This document shows positions 17,583 through 28,294 of a stretch of DNA of 64,000 nucleotides, in pieces. The notes beneath the pieces are model-generated. The model did not search any database and was not told where the DNA came from. It worked only from the letters and a program-made list of their open reading frames with translations. Origin of the DNA: Candidatus Bathyarchaeia archaeon (lineage in GTDB: Archaea > Thermoproteota > Bathyarchaeia > 40CM-2-53-6); assembly GCA_049517415.1 (NCBI GenBank), contig JBEKSC010000002.1, positions 96,001 to 160,000 of the forward strand, in the 5' to 3' direction. How positions within the stretch are numbered: the first letter of the stretch is position 1; every line of letters begins with the position of its first letter. The position numbers were made by a program, and so were the translations under genes.

Positions 17583-20500
17583 GAGAGATATTCTTCACAG
17601 AGCTCGTTAGACAGGTCCTAGGCCCGAGCACTGGACCCACTGAATCAATGGACAAAGATCCACGCAACGAGTATGTGACAGGTATACTTGAGCCCAGGGA
17701 TTACGACAGAGGACACTTGGAAAACTACGGCAACGCAGACATCGGCATGTTCATCCCTGAAGAGGAACACGAGGAAGACGACTCTGATGTCGCAAATGAT
17801 TTCGGCGGCATTCCGACGAACCTTGACCCCTACGCGTTTCCCAAGAGTATGGGTGTTTCATTTGTTGTGTGCTCCGAAAGCAAGCCGATGGTTGATTTCT
17901 GTGTAACTTGGGCGCGCTATAACAGAGAGAACAATCTTTGGCGAAGAAAACCCGACAAATTGATCGAGCATGGTTTCGATATTTCGCAAACAGAGCCCAA
18001 GCGATGGGTACCATCGTCCGGGGTCCAAGTCGTTCTACGCAGCAAGCAGCAAAGTAATAATGCATGGCACGTGTCTATTTTTATCATCAACACCACGAAA
18101 GTCAAAGAAAAATTCCTTGATACGTCCGAACTGATTTTTCAACCACAGATTCGCGTCCATTTTCACGACGATGTGATGTCTCTACCCGTGGACAGAAGGC
18201 GATTCTCAGAGGACGAAGAAGGACAGCTGGAGCTGCTTTACGCCAATTTGCAGTGCCTCGCCAGAGGACATATGTGTGGTGCTACATGGCGGCAGATCGA
18301 CCCGGAGAGACCATTCGCAGGGAACGCTGGAGACTCCGCATTTCTCCCCGAAGACATAAAACAACTTCCACCAATAGAACGTACATTATTTGTCAATCCA
18401 GACGTTCGAAGCGAATTCCTGCCTTCATACACCGTTACACAAACAACTATGGAGGCACAAGAGATCAGCGAATTGAAAAAGGATGCAGATGCGTCTCTGC
18501 TTTCTGAAATGTGGGATTTCACGCAACTGTCGAAACCCCTGAAGGCGATAGCGGATGAGTATGAGAGATGGATTGAGAAGCAGAAAACAACTGGTATCGG
18601 ACTCGACAAGCCTTCGCGCAATATCGCAGAAACAAATCTCGTCAAATGTGATACGTCACTGAAGCGCATGCGTGAAGGTATTGAGCTGCTGCAGAAAGAT
18701 GATGTCAGACTAGCTTTCTGCTTCATGAACCAGGCCATGAATATCCAATCAAACTGGACTAGATCCCAGAATCTGATTTGGAGGCCGTTTCAGCTTGCAT
18801 TTATTCTGCAATGCATTCCGAGCCTCGAATCGAAAACTCACCGCGATAGAAGAGTCTGCGATCTCCTGTGGTATCCTACAGGAGGGGGGAAAACCGAGGC
18901 ATATCTGGGCCTGATGATCTTCACACTCGCGCTTCGCAGGATCAGAAACACCCAGAGCCCACTCGCAGGAGGTGGAACTGCGATCTTCTCTAGGTATACT
19001 CTGAGACTTCTCACGATTCAACAGTTCAGGCGAACGCTTGCCGTGATAACCGCGTGTGAATATTTGAGAACGCTCAACTGGAAGCCGTCCGGAACGATGT
19101 CTGAACAGAAGAACCTCTGGGGTGGACAGAGGTTTTCAGTCGGCCTCTGGGTTGGAGCTAATGTCACACCCAACAACATCGTGGACAGAAGTGGCTGGGA
19201 TAACCGATTGAACCTCAACAGGAGGTATATCGGAGCGGTTGGTATTCTCAAGTACGCGCACAAAAAGGCGGGAGGACCGAGCGAGCAAATAATCTATCAG
19301 GGTGAAGAACCTGCTCAGGCTCTCAAGTGTCCAAGTTGCGCGACAGTTCTCGCAGTGCCATCAATCGGCCTTACCGGAAAGGAGCACGAAATATACTGGG
19401 TAATCCGGGCCAGCTCGAAACCACCAGAAGATTCGGCTGCTCTTAGCTACAAGCAGTTCAGCGTCAAACAGGTAACGGTGAGAAATCTCCCTCAACCAGG
19501 ATTCTTTGTCCTACACGTCAAGTTTTCCATATCTTCCAACAGGCTGGTAGATGACAGTCTCAATGAATGGAGATTCCATGTCGAGAAGACACTGCAGTGC
19601 AAGTTTGAGTGCTCAGTTGCCAGCAGACCAGGATATTTCATTCGACCCGCGCCGGACGTTTACAAACGCCCTGTCGATTTCGAGATACGCTGCCCGAATC
19701 CAGATTGCAAGCTCAATTCAGTGAATTGGCAGGAGATGGTTCCATCTGCTGCTGGTACGGCGTTCTGCGTCCCACTTGAGCCTTTCGCAATCCCCGGGAA
19801 CGGAAATGCTTCGCACGGGATACCCATTCCTGCCTATACAGTGGACGCTCAGATCTACGCCCGATGCCCTTCCATAATCATAGCTACGGTAGACAAGTTC
19901 GCCAGACTGCCCTTCGAGCCACGCGCTTCTTCTCTCTTTGGCAATGTTAACAAATACGATTCGCTGTGGGGATATAACAGAGACGTGTCACCTCCTGATA
20001 CGGGAAAAGCGAAACCCGGGAAATCAGTTCCTGTTGGCCGGTTCGACCCTCCTGAACTCATCGTACAGGATGAACTTCACCTCATTGAGGGACCTCTCGG
20101 CAGCATGGTTGGGCTATATGAGACCGCTGTCGACACTCTGGCAACGAGTTGGAAAGACGGGGCACCTGTCATTCCAAAGTACATAGCATCCACAGCAACA
20201 ACAAAACAGGCACTCACTCAGATTATGTCATTGTTCAACAGGGGATTGCATCAGTTTCCTCCTGCTGGTCTAAACGCACTGGACAACTTTTTCGCAAGTG
20301 GTGAGGAAGGGCACCCACTTGATGATAAGGCAGGAAGGCTCTACGTCGGAGTTTGCTGTCCCGGAAAAGGGCCACAGACTCCTACTGTCAGAATCTGGTC
20401 CAGTTTGTTGCAGGGAGCAGAACGAATCAAGAAATCGCCGGGTGATTTATCCGAACTTCAGCATTACTGGACAGTTGTTGGATACTTCAACGCTATCCGT

Positions 20501-21400
20501 GAACTCGCTGCTGCAAGAGCGCTGTACAGGCAAGACATTCCCGACTGGATAAAACAAATGGACGGTGCGGCAAATGCACGCTCAATCGATGATACGAACA
20601 TGCTAGAGCTTCACAGCAATGTTGGATCAGCAGAGGTCTCCGCGGTGCTTGAAAGATTAGAAAAGGAAGCGACGATTGATGCTGTCATGGCAACTTCGAT
20701 GTTCGGCACTGGCGTGGACATCGACAGGCTTTCGTTGATGATTGTGCATGGTCAACCAAAGACAACTGCGAGCTACATTCAGGCCACAGGGCGTGTAGGA
20801 AGAAAAAAAGCCGGCCTTGTTGTCACGTTTCTGAGGTCAACTCGCCCACGGGACCTTGACCACTACGAGTTTTTCACAGGCTACCATCGTGCTCTTCACA
20901 AGTACGTCGAGCCCGTTACAGTCGCACCATTCTCCACGCGAGCGTGTGATCGAGCGCTCGGTCCAGTAGCCGTCGCAATACTTCGCAATGGAATATTGGT
21001 TGAGACAGTAGGCATCGATCCATCGTGGGCGCCAGAAAGCGAATACTGGAAGAAGGCTACGAGTCAAAGTGGTTCCAGATTGATGAGAACCAACAAAAAC
21101 GCGCCGGAGCTTCACATTATTGCCGGGAATTTCGATACTCGCGCGGAGAACCAGCCAGGGAGCAGGAAAAGGGCAAAGAACGCTACTAAGAATGATATTG
21201 AGTCTTTCTATGAAAAATGGGAGAATGTGGCGAAGATGGAGCCGAACCTGTTGTACTCTGAACCCTCTTTCAATTATGTACCCGACAATGCTGTGGTTCT
21301 CGGAGATGAGCAGCACCTGCAACACAAGAAGCGCGTTGTAGCCGAGAACACCCCGCAGTCAATGCGAGAGATGGAGTCAACAACGAGGTTCAGTGGTTAG
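17579..21400 (+). CDS. drmA: DISARM helicase DrmA
   Basis: WRPFQLAF, PTGGGKTEAY, RYTLRLLTIQQF, QDELHLI, ATSMFGTGVDI, YIQATGRVGR. Confidence 0.9.
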   Translation: MREIFFTELVRQVLGPSTGPTESMDKDPRNEYVTGILEPRDYDRGHLENYGNADIGMFIPEEEHEEDDSDVANDFGGIPTNLDPYAFPKSMGVSFVVCSESKPMVDFCVTWARYNRENNLWRRKPDKLIEHGFDISQTEPKRWVPSSGVQVVLRSKQQSNNAWHVSIFIINTTKVKEKFLDTSELIFQPQIRVHFHDDVMSLPVDRRRFSEDEEGQLELLYANLQCLARGHMCGATWRQIDPERPFAGNAGDSAFLPEDIKQLPPIERTLFVNPDVRSEFLPSYTVTQTTMEAQEISELKKDADASLLSEMWDFTQLSKPLKAIADEYERWIEKQKTTGIGLDKPSRNIAETNLVKCDTSLKRMREGIELLQKDDVRLAFCFMNQAMNIQSNWTRSQNLIWRPFQLAFILQCIPSLESKTHRDRRVCDLLWYPTGGGKTEAYLGLMIFTLALRRIRNTQSPLAGGGTAIFSRYTLRLLTIQQFRRTLAVITACEYLRTLNWKPSGTMSEQKNLWGGQRFSVGLWVGANVTPNNIVDRSGWDNRLNLNRRYIGAVGILKYAHKKAGGPSEQIIYQGEEPAQALKCPSCATVLAVPSIGLTGKEHEIYWVIRASSKPPEDSAALSYKQFSVKQVTVRNLPQPGFFVLHVKFSISSNRLVDDSLNEWRFHVEKTLQCKFECSVASRPGYFIRPAPDVYKRPVDFEIRCPNPDCKLNSVNWQEMVPSAAGTAFCVPLEPFAIPGNGNASHGIPIPAYTVDAQIYARCPSIIIATVDKFARLPFEPRASSLFGNVNKYDSLWGYNRDVSPPDTGKAKPGKSVPVGRFDPPELIVQDELHLIEGPLGSMVGLYETAVDTLATSWKDGAPVIPKYIASTATTKQALTQIMSLFNRGLHQFPPAGLNALDNFFASGEEGHPLDDKAGRLYVGVCCPGKGPQTPTVRIWSSLLQGAERIKKSPGDLSELQHYWTVVGYFNAIRELAAARALYRQDIPDWIKQMDGAANARSIDDTNMLELHSNVGSAEVSAVLERLEKEATIDAVMATSMFGTGVDIDRLSLMIVHGQPKTTASYIQATGRVGRKKAGLVVTFLRSTRPRDLDHYEFFTGYHRALHKYVEPVTVAPFSTRACDRALGPVAVAILRNGILVETVGIDPSWAPESEYWKKATSQSGSRLMRTNKNAPELHIIAGNFDTRAENQPGSRKRAKNATKNDIESFYEKWENVAKMEPNLLYSEPSFNYVPDNAVVLGDEQHLQHKKRVVAENTPQSMREMESTTRFSG

Positions 21401-21402
21401 AT

Positions 21403-23133
21403 ATGCCAGGACAGGCTCTCAGGCCATCGCAGTTCATCTACACTTTTGGAGTTGGCAGCATAATTGAAGCTCCAGGAGGCCCGAGGCTTGTCCCTGCTTT
21501 TGAGAAATGGGGGAGAGTGTTTGGTCCAGGTAGAACTCCTCCCGTTTCCATGTTTGCTATTCCAGATAGCACAAGTTCTTCACTCATTGATGACGGCCTG
21601 ATCTTTCGGATTCCCACTAACGTCGATCTGAACGAGCCAGAGAATGTGCAGGTCTTCTTTACAGAGCGTTTTCCGGAGTGGGCACTCTGCGTCCCCCACG
21701 GGTACCTCTTTCAACTTCCTAAGGATGACAGAACAAGGTGCCCCGACTGCCTGAACTCTGGTTCAACAAAATCTGCGCGACCGAAAGCAATTCGCTTCGT
21801 CAGGGCATGCCCGGAGGGTCATCTCGACGATGTGGACTGGTACGGAATCATCCATTCGTTTGGGAAAAGTTGCAACAGTACGGTTTATCGCTGGAATTCG
21901 GAGGGTGGGTCATTGCGAGATGTCGAGATTTCCTGTACATGCGGCGCAAGAAAGACCCTGCAGGATATTTACAGGGAAACAAAGCACTGCACTGGCCGAT
22001 TTCCGGAAAGTGGTACAGCTTTTTCAAGCTGTTCGAAGGAAGCAAAGGTCACACTGCGGGGTTCTTCGAGCCTTCGGATTCCCGAAGTCTTCACAACCAT
22101 CACAATCCCTCAGTTCGCATCACGACTTCATAGAATTCTAGATAGCTATCAAATGAGAACAATACTCGCAACACGAAAGGCCTGGACCAAAGCAGATTTG
22201 GTTGACGCACTGAAGAATATGTCTGAGCTCGATCCGAATCTTTTCGACCCAAGAACTATTGACGAAGTGAACACACAGACTGAGGAACGATTACTCAAGA
22301 GTATTGATGACCTGAGGCGGTTTGCACTTAACAGGCCAACAACACTTTCAGCAGTACGCGAGATGGAATTCAACGCTCTTCAAGATGCTGCGGAGAACGG
22401 CCATCCTCCTGATCCAACTTCCGAGAGCCCAGAATTCCAAGTGAACAAGTTCAAAGTAAGGAAAGACGTTCCGTTCTCGTCTCACAACTACAGAATCGCG
22501 CCGGTGGAGAGGCTCCGAGTTGTAACCGTTCAAAGAGGCTACAGGAGACTCGGAACAAACCCAGATTCCAACAAGCTGGTAAAAACCTTCTACTTTGATG
22601 GAAACAGGAAGTGGTTTCCTGGACTGGAGCAAATTGGCGAAGGGATATTCATTGACTTCGGAAAGAACAAACCGAAATTGACCTCTGAGGAGTGGAACAA
22701 CGAGTATCAAAATCGCATGGACCTGCAGTTCCATCCTGTTTTTGTTTGGTGGCATTCGCTTTCACACAGGATCATTACGGCACTCTCAATTGATTCTGGT
22801 TACTCATCTGCTGCGATAAGAGAGAGTGTCTACACAATGAAAGACCCCCGGACAGGAGACGTTTCTGGAGGCGTCCTATTCTATACCACTCAGACAGGCA
22901 CTGACGGGAGTCTGGGCGGGCTCATTTCACTTGTTCCCGAGTTCGAGACTGTTCTTTCAGCCGCCATGCGAAATTTGGATGTCTGCTCAAATGATCCACT
23001 GTGCAGCGAGATGTCAGTCAAAACCCGTGGCATCAACGGCGCTGCATGTTACGCATGCCTCCTGCTGTCAGAGACATCCTGCTCGAACAGGAATATGTTT
23101 CTGGACAGAAATCTGTTGAGAGGAAATATCTAA
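21403..23133 (+). CDS. drmB: DISARM DUF1998 protein DrmB
   Basis: RPSQFIYTFGVG, RFVRACPEGHLDD, HSLSH, CSNDPLC, ACYACLLLSETSC. Confidence 0.92.
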   Translation: MPGQALRPSQFIYTFGVGSIIEAPGGPRLVPAFEKWGRVFGPGRTPPVSMFAIPDSTSSSLIDDGLIFRIPTNVDLNEPENVQVFFTERFPEWALCVPHGYLFQLPKDDRTRCPDCLNSGSTKSARPKAIRFVRACPEGHLDDVDWYGIIHSFGKSCNSTVYRWNSEGGSLRDVEISCTCGARKTLQDIYRETKHCTGRFPESGTAFSSCSKEAKVTLRGSSSLRIPEVFTTITIPQFASRLHRILDSYQMRTILATRKAWTKADLVDALKNMSELDPNLFDPRTIDEVNTQTEERLLKSIDDLRRFALNRPTTLSAVREMEFNALQDAAENGHPPDPTSESPEFQVNKFKVRKDVPFSSHNYRIAPVERLRVVTVQRGYRRLGTNPDSNKLVKTFYFDGNRKWFPGLEQIGEGIFIDFGKNKPKLTSEEWNNEYQNRMDLQFHPVFVWWHSLSHRIITALSIDSGYSSAAIRESVYTMKDPRTGDVSGGVLFYTTQTGTDGSLGGLISLVPEFETVLSAAMRNLDVCSNDPLCSEMSVKTRGINGAACYACLLLSETSCSNRNMFLDRNLLRGNI

Positions 23134-23657
23134 TGTCTACCGAAGATCTGGGCCCCGAGGTCGCGGTTACAGGAGACTTCTGGCTTGGCAGAGGTCTCAG
23201 GTCAATCTGGACACTTGTTAGAGACTGCATTTCCAAGGCCGAAAGTGAAATTCAGATCGCAGCGTATGCAATAGGAGAGAATTCCGACGAGTATGAATTC
23301 TTCGAATTGCTGAGAGGTGTGCTAGCGCGAGGAATTCGAGTACTGATGATTGTAAATAGGTTTTCCAATCAGCGTGGTTCTGTTCGAGATGCTCTTCTCG
23401 AACTTGCAGGGAAATATCCCAGTTTTGCGCTCAAAAGTTTCAACCCACGGGACAAAAGAGAAGACCTCCACGCCAAGCTTATTGTGGTAGATCACACGAT
23501 CGCTCTTGTCGGTTCGGCCAATCTGTCGTTCAAAGGAATGGTCGCGAATCATGAAGTAATGGTAAAGCTGTCTGGGAAGACTGCTTATTCTGTCGGTGAA
23601 CTTCTTGACAGATTATCTGCGAATTCTGAGACCATCCAAGAAGCCATAGGCAGGTGA
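23133..23657 (+). CDS. drmC: DISARM phospholipase D-family nuclease DrmC
   Basis: Single HAKLIVVD...GSANL motif; ATG at 23133 overlaps the drmB stop (ORF track start 23001). Confidence 0.88.
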   Translation: MSTEDLGPEVAVTGDFWLGRGLRSIWTLVRDCISKAESEIQIAAYAIGENSDEYEFFELLRGVLARGIRVLMIVNRFSNQRGSVRDALLELAGKYPSFALKSFNPRDKREDLHAKLIVVDHTIALVGSANLSFKGMVANHEVMVKLSGKTAYSVGELLDRLSANSETIQEAIGR

Positions 23658-23661
23658 CGCG

Positions 23662-25110
23662 ATGGAGGGTGGAAATGAACAACACCTTGCACTCCTTCTG
23701 AAGAAATTCAACCAGAAAATGTATCTCGATTATGTCGCCAAAACTGAACAGATTATCAAGAGTTGTGACGACTCATCACGGTTTACTGACCTTGAGGTAA
23801 TAAAAACCCCTGATAAAGCAGGCGACCTCGCCTTCAGAGCTGATTTCGAATTCCCCATTCACATCATGCTATCCCATCCAATCTGCACGTTCAAGTCCCA
23901 CAGGAATTATCCTGTCGGCAACAAAATGTACATAGCAAACCTCGGGCTCGTTCCGGTGTTTTTTTCCAGCGTGAACCTGATGAGCGTCCTGAAATTATGG
24001 GGCGAACGTGCGACAGGGTTCTTTAATCCCACAAATACGCCTCTTGCTGACTCCGATGCGATTTGCTGGGAGCTACCCCGCGCGTCCAAACCCGCGCAAT
24101 TCTCCAGCATGAATTTCATTTTACAAAATGGAGCAGATCCGCAGGTTGTGGACCCAACCCTGACCACTATTTTCGAGAAGTACTTTCGACTATTGTACTG
24201 GACGTTTCCGCATCAAGGTTTCTCGCCGTCCACTCACTTTCTACATGGAAATTCGAGGATCAGCTCACAGGTGAAAATATCAAAGAGTCTGTACATCGTC
24301 GAGGAGGTGAGAAACCCTTACAGATTTTCCCTCGAAGGAAAGATGATTGAAGGAACATATGTCATGCTCAGAGGGCTTAACTTAGATGGTGATAAGTTCC
24401 TCTTTCAGTCGTTTCCGGCTGTGCTGGATTCCGAATTGGCGGAACAAGTGCTTGCTCGACGGAACCTCGAATCAAGTTTCATCAACGGAGTTGTGGCTGA
24501 GGTCTCACAGCAAACGGCGAATGAACAGCAGTTCACCAAACATTCTCTTCTCACAGTGGTATCTGATTACGGAGAATCGTATTACGACATTATTTCGGCG
24601 CTAACGGGAATGATTGCTGACTCCAAGTTTGCATGCTCAGATTCGCTCAGCGAAATCGGACCCTTAGAAGACATCTCTTTGCAGGTCACCGACGCATACC
24701 GGATTATCTATAGGATGCTCAAAGTTGAGAGGTCGTTGTCCGAGGACATTAACAATGTGTTCGAGCTCGTAATCGACCAGATGTTTCCGGCACTCGTAGA
24801 AGACAATGGATTGTTGTTTTATGTTCACCCACTGGCATGGGGACTTCTAAAGAAGTGGAATTTGATCAGTTCTGAGAAAAACAAGCAGAAAGATGTTCTT
24901 CTGCATCTCATACGGCTCTTGCAGATATCGGAAACCAGCTCCTCCATGAAGGTGTATTTGGACAAAAGCTCTGACTACTTTCAGAGACTCGCTGTAAGCA
25001 AACGGGAACTCACTAGATCAGTGTATCAGCTTGCAAATGCAATTCGTCTCCTAAAAGTGATGAGAAAGATCTGGACGACAAGCCCTCAGCCGAGCATACA
25101 TCTACCTTAA
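23662..25110 (+). CDS. Hypothetical 482-aa protein, last gene of DISARM-like operon
   Basis: Long ORF 4 bp after drmC; no recognised motif. Confidence 0.8.
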   Translation: MEGGNEQHLALLLKKFNQKMYLDYVAKTEQIIKSCDDSSRFTDLEVIKTPDKAGDLAFRADFEFPIHIMLSHPICTFKSHRNYPVGNKMYIANLGLVPVFFSSVNLMSVLKLWGERATGFFNPTNTPLADSDAICWELPRASKPAQFSSMNFILQNGADPQVVDPTLTTIFEKYFRLLYWTFPHQGFSPSTHFLHGNSRISSQVKISKSLYIVEEVRNPYRFSLEGKMIEGTYVMLRGLNLDGDKFLFQSFPAVLDSELAEQVLARRNLESSFINGVVAEVSQQTANEQQFTKHSLLTVVSDYGESYYDIISALTGMIADSKFACSDSLSEIGPLEDISLQVTDAYRIIYRMLKVERSLSEDINNVFELVIDQMFPALVEDNGLLFYVHPLAWGLLKKWNLISSEKNKQKDVLLHLIRLLQISETSSSMKVYLDKSSDYFQRLAVSKRELTRSVYQLANAIRLLKVMRKIWTTSPQPSIHLP

Positions 25111-25182
25111 TCGTGAAAGGCCCGTCTTGGCTCGTAACGTCCATTCCTCTTGGATTCTCACTTTTGGAAAGATCTTGTTTTG

Positions 25183-25557
25183 TCAAGCAGGGACATGCCG
25201 AATGTCAATACCTAACTCTTTTGCAACCTTCCCGTATTTGCTTGCGATAAACCTGCGATATACCACTCGGTTAGTCAGCACGAGAATTCTCTTTCTTGCT
25301 TTAGTCCCTAGTAAGAGCAAGCAGTCTCTTGAAATGTCCCCGAGCGTAGCCGTACGTAGAGCCTTACTTGATAGTTTCTGCTTGTTTGGTTCCGAGGTCT
25401 TGATCTCGCCCACGATCCTTCCGTCTGCGGAAACAAAGTCGCATTCGTGTTCCTCGCCGCCTGCAAGTTTCATCTTTCTTTTCGTGAGGGGACCAAAATT
25501 TCTGCTAAGTCTCGACCTTACATCTGCTTCCTTCTTGAGCCTTTGTTGATAGTTCAA
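25183..25557 (-). CDS. Small PD-(D/E)xK nuclease-fold protein
   Basis: E...ECDFVSADGRIVGEIKT pattern. Confidence 0.6.
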   Translation of the reverse strand: MNYQQRLKKEADVRSRLSRNFGPLTKRKMKLAGGEEHECDFVSADGRIVGEIKTSEPNKQKLSSKALRTATLGDISRDCLLLLGTKARKRILVLTNRVVYRRFIASKYGKVAKELGIDIRHVPA

Positions 25558-25566
25558 TTTCTCACC

Positions 25567-26779
25567 TCACAGAGCCACAGTCAACGCCATGGCCTTTAGC
25601 TTCGATCTCACAAACTCCTTGAACTCTGGATCGACAGCAAGCCTATCCATTACGTAATCGGTCTTCGACTCCTCATCATGCATTAGCATCGCTGTTCTCA
25701 CGTCCAGTGGACAGCCACAACGAGAGCAGAAACCACTAGTAGGCGAATTGACTTCCTGACAACGCGAACACGTCTTGATTCTCAACGTATGTTCTTCGCT
25801 GTTCACTTCATCTTCGGTCTTGATACCATTCAGCTTCAGCAATGCATTGTCAATATTCCGGCCTGATAGATGCACGTAGGTTGAAGCCATTCTTGAGTCA
25901 CCAACCCATCCTAGGTACTCCTTCATTTGAGCCTCAGTTAGGACGTTGGCGAGGTTTGAGGCTCTCGCATGTCTGAAGGAGTGAGGATTAACACGTTTGC
26001 CTATCTTAGCTCTTGAGGCTGTGACAGACAGCATCTTTCTGAACGCGTAGTATTCGAGTGGCTTTGTTGACCCAGCAGATTCGAAGCTGGTCCACAAAGG
26101 CGATTCGGGATCAAGTCTTGATGGATGATGGTTCAACCAATCCGACAGTGCCTTCGCTGAGAAGATTATTCGCACCCTACGTGGACCCGTTTTCCCCTTC
26201 ACAATCATGACCGCTCCGTGCGTGTCGAATTGTACGTCATCGACTTTCAGGGTGAGTATCTCTCCCACTCTGCATCCTGTCTCGTACAGAACGAGTATTA
26301 GCGCCCGGTCTCGCTGGTTCTGACAGATCTCAGCCAATTTCTTGACTTCGTCCTCTGTTAGAAGATGTTCGGGCAGGACCTTGTGATTATTGTTCCGCCT
26401 TGCTCTTATCCATTTTACTTCAACCGGATAATCGTCTTCAGAGTTTCGTAGCCATTTGTAGAATCTTGATGCATTGCTTTTCAGACAGTTTCGTATCGTA
26501 TGCTGTGTCTTGTTTCTCGAGGTCGGATATTACTCGGATCATGTCAGTTTTGGTTGTGCGTCTGAATTCTTTGCTTAGTAGGCTGGAGAGTTTCCTGAGC
26601 ACGTAGGTGCACCTTACCTGTGTAGGTGTGCTTAGTCCTTCGGCTCGTATGTATTCTAGAAATTGTTTGATTTTCTTGCGGTTGCTCTCGAGAACTTTCT
26701 TGTCATTTTCGAGGTTTGACAGCGCCGCTGTTAGTCTTTGATCGTAGTGGTGAATATCGAAGGCTACCTGCTGGTTCAT
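25567..26779 (-). pseudogene. Tyrosine recombinase/integrase with C-terminal Zn ribbon, frameshifted near 26465
   Basis: ETGCRVGE, KGKTG, HSFRH, LGW, TYVHL, CxxC..CxxC; N-terminal ORF 26438-26779 joins FYKWLR...LLTEDEV in another frame. Confidence 0.85.
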
Positions 26780-26836
26780 GGCTGAAAATTCTTAGAAGGG
26801 CCGATATAAGTAAGGAAGCGAACTGAATCTTAAGTT

Positions 26837-26884
<48 letters not shown>

Positions 26885-27042
26885 CTCCTAACATCCAAGC
26901 AAACTAGCTCCGAAGGAACCTGCTGAGTAAAGGGGGCTTTAGTCCTTGAGGATCCCGTGGGGGTCAACTTTTCCCATCCTGTTCCATATTTCCTCTGTGT
27001 CAATTTCTCGGTGCAGGATCATTTTCACTCAGCACTCGATGA

Positions 27043-27699
27043 ATGCTCGTAATCTCACAATCCAATAGGGTCCCGCTACCCTCGAAACCTGAGGCGGGTA
27101 GGAGGGAGTTGAAGGATTCTTTCGGCGGTAAGGTCGAGAACGAAAATTCCTGTAATATGCATAGCTTTTCGGTTCAGCTTCCAGCTAAAGTAGCGGACTG
27201 GGTGGAGAAGGCTGCGCTTGGGAAAGAGAAAACGCCCGAGCAGTTCCTGCGGGAACTGGTAATCACAAACGTAGAGGAAGAAGCTACGCCTCTAACGCTT
27301 CGGCTTCAACGGCTCGACGAACTCGTCAAGAAAATGCAGGTAACAGTAAAGAAGACGCCTATGCAGGAACAGAAGGACGCCAAAACGACGGTCCACTCTT
27401 TAGAGGAACGGGCGAAGAAACGGGACCACCTAATCGAATTAGGATTGGAAGCCTACGACGAACTGAGGAAGATCGCAGCATCGGAACAGGCTTCTAAGAA
27501 ATCGGAGGCCCGCCTCCAAGCATTCGCAGTGATGGCTCGCATCGGCACATTCAATGCTGCCGTAATCCGCGACGCCGAAAACGATGAACTAGGCCACATC
27601 TTAGCGGAACTGGAGGAGACAGACGAGCGTCTCAAAGAACAGCTGAATAAACAAGAGAAAAAGGAAGCAGAGGAGAGAGAACGCTATCGACATAGCTAG
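27043..27699 (+). CDS. Hypothetical coiled-coil protein with RHH-like N-terminus (start uncertain)
   Basis: FSVQLPAKVADWVE..FLRELV followed by charged helices. Confidence 0.55.
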   Translation: MLVISQSNRVPLPSKPEAGRRELKDSFGGKVENENSCNMHSFSVQLPAKVADWVEKAALGKEKTPEQFLRELVITNVEEEATPLTLRLQRLDELVKKMQVTVKKTPMQEQKDAKTTVHSLEERAKKRDHLIELGLEAYDELRKIAASEQASKKSEARLQAFAVMARIGTFNAAVIRDAENDELGHILAELEETDERLKEQLNKQEKKEAEERERYRHS

Positions 27700-27787
27700 C
27701 GCCGAATCCGCAAGAAACCAACCGAGGCGCCTCAAACTAAAGCGTTATCGAAGCGTTCAGGTTAACTTCAGGGTCAGCAGCAAATGG

Positions 27788-28006
27788 TTGAACATAGTCA
27801 ACCTATTAGCCAAGCTGGAAGGCCGCAGCAGCAGCGCCCTAATGCGTGAACTCCTCAACCTCGGCCTCGCCCAATACGTCAACATCCACTACCGCACACC
27901 CCAACTCATCAGGCAACAACAACTCCAGTCCATGATCAACAAACAACCACCCGAAGCCGCATCCCGAGCCAAGGCAGCCCAGAAAAAAGTTTCTGGTAGG
28001 TTTTAG
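27788..28006 (+). CDS. Small RHH-like protein (start probably upstream)
   Basis: LAKLEGRSSSALMRELL preceded in frame by VQVNFRV. Confidence 0.5.
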   Translation: MNIVNLLAKLEGRSSSALMRELLNLGLAQYVNIHYRTPQLIRQQQLQSMINKQPPEAASRAKAAQKKVSGRF

Positions 28007-28021
28007 TATCTCTCGTAGGCG

Positions 28022-28294
28022 TTATTCGTATCCTCTCCCTCTGTGGAAGAGGTCGGTTATGTACACTACGTTGCCTTCGACCGCGTATATCGCCCGGTAA
28101 TCGCCAATTCTTAGACGAAAGAGGTCGTGTCTTCCTCTAGTTCCTCCCAACCTCATTATGTCCGCGCTCGATCTTGATTCGTATGGGTTTGCTTCTAGTG
28201 CACGTAGCCCATCTTTGATCCGTGCTTTCATTTTGGGTTCCATTCTCGATAGGGCTTTAGCAACTGTTCTGTGCAGCTTAACCTTGTATTGCAA
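28022..28294 (-). CDS. RelE/ParE family toxin
   Basis: FRLRIGDYRAIY, HRGRGY. Confidence 0.9.
   Translation of the reverse strand: MQYKVKLHRTVAKALSRMEPKMKARIKDGLRALEANPYESRSSADIMRLGGTRGRHDLFRLRIGDYRAIYAVEGNVVYITDLFHRGRGYE

Noticed and set aside
17579..23133. Druantia DruE or BREX as alternative identities
   Set aside because: A separate helicase, a stand-alone DUF1998 protein and a PLD gene in series match DrmABC; no PglZ or BrxC is present.
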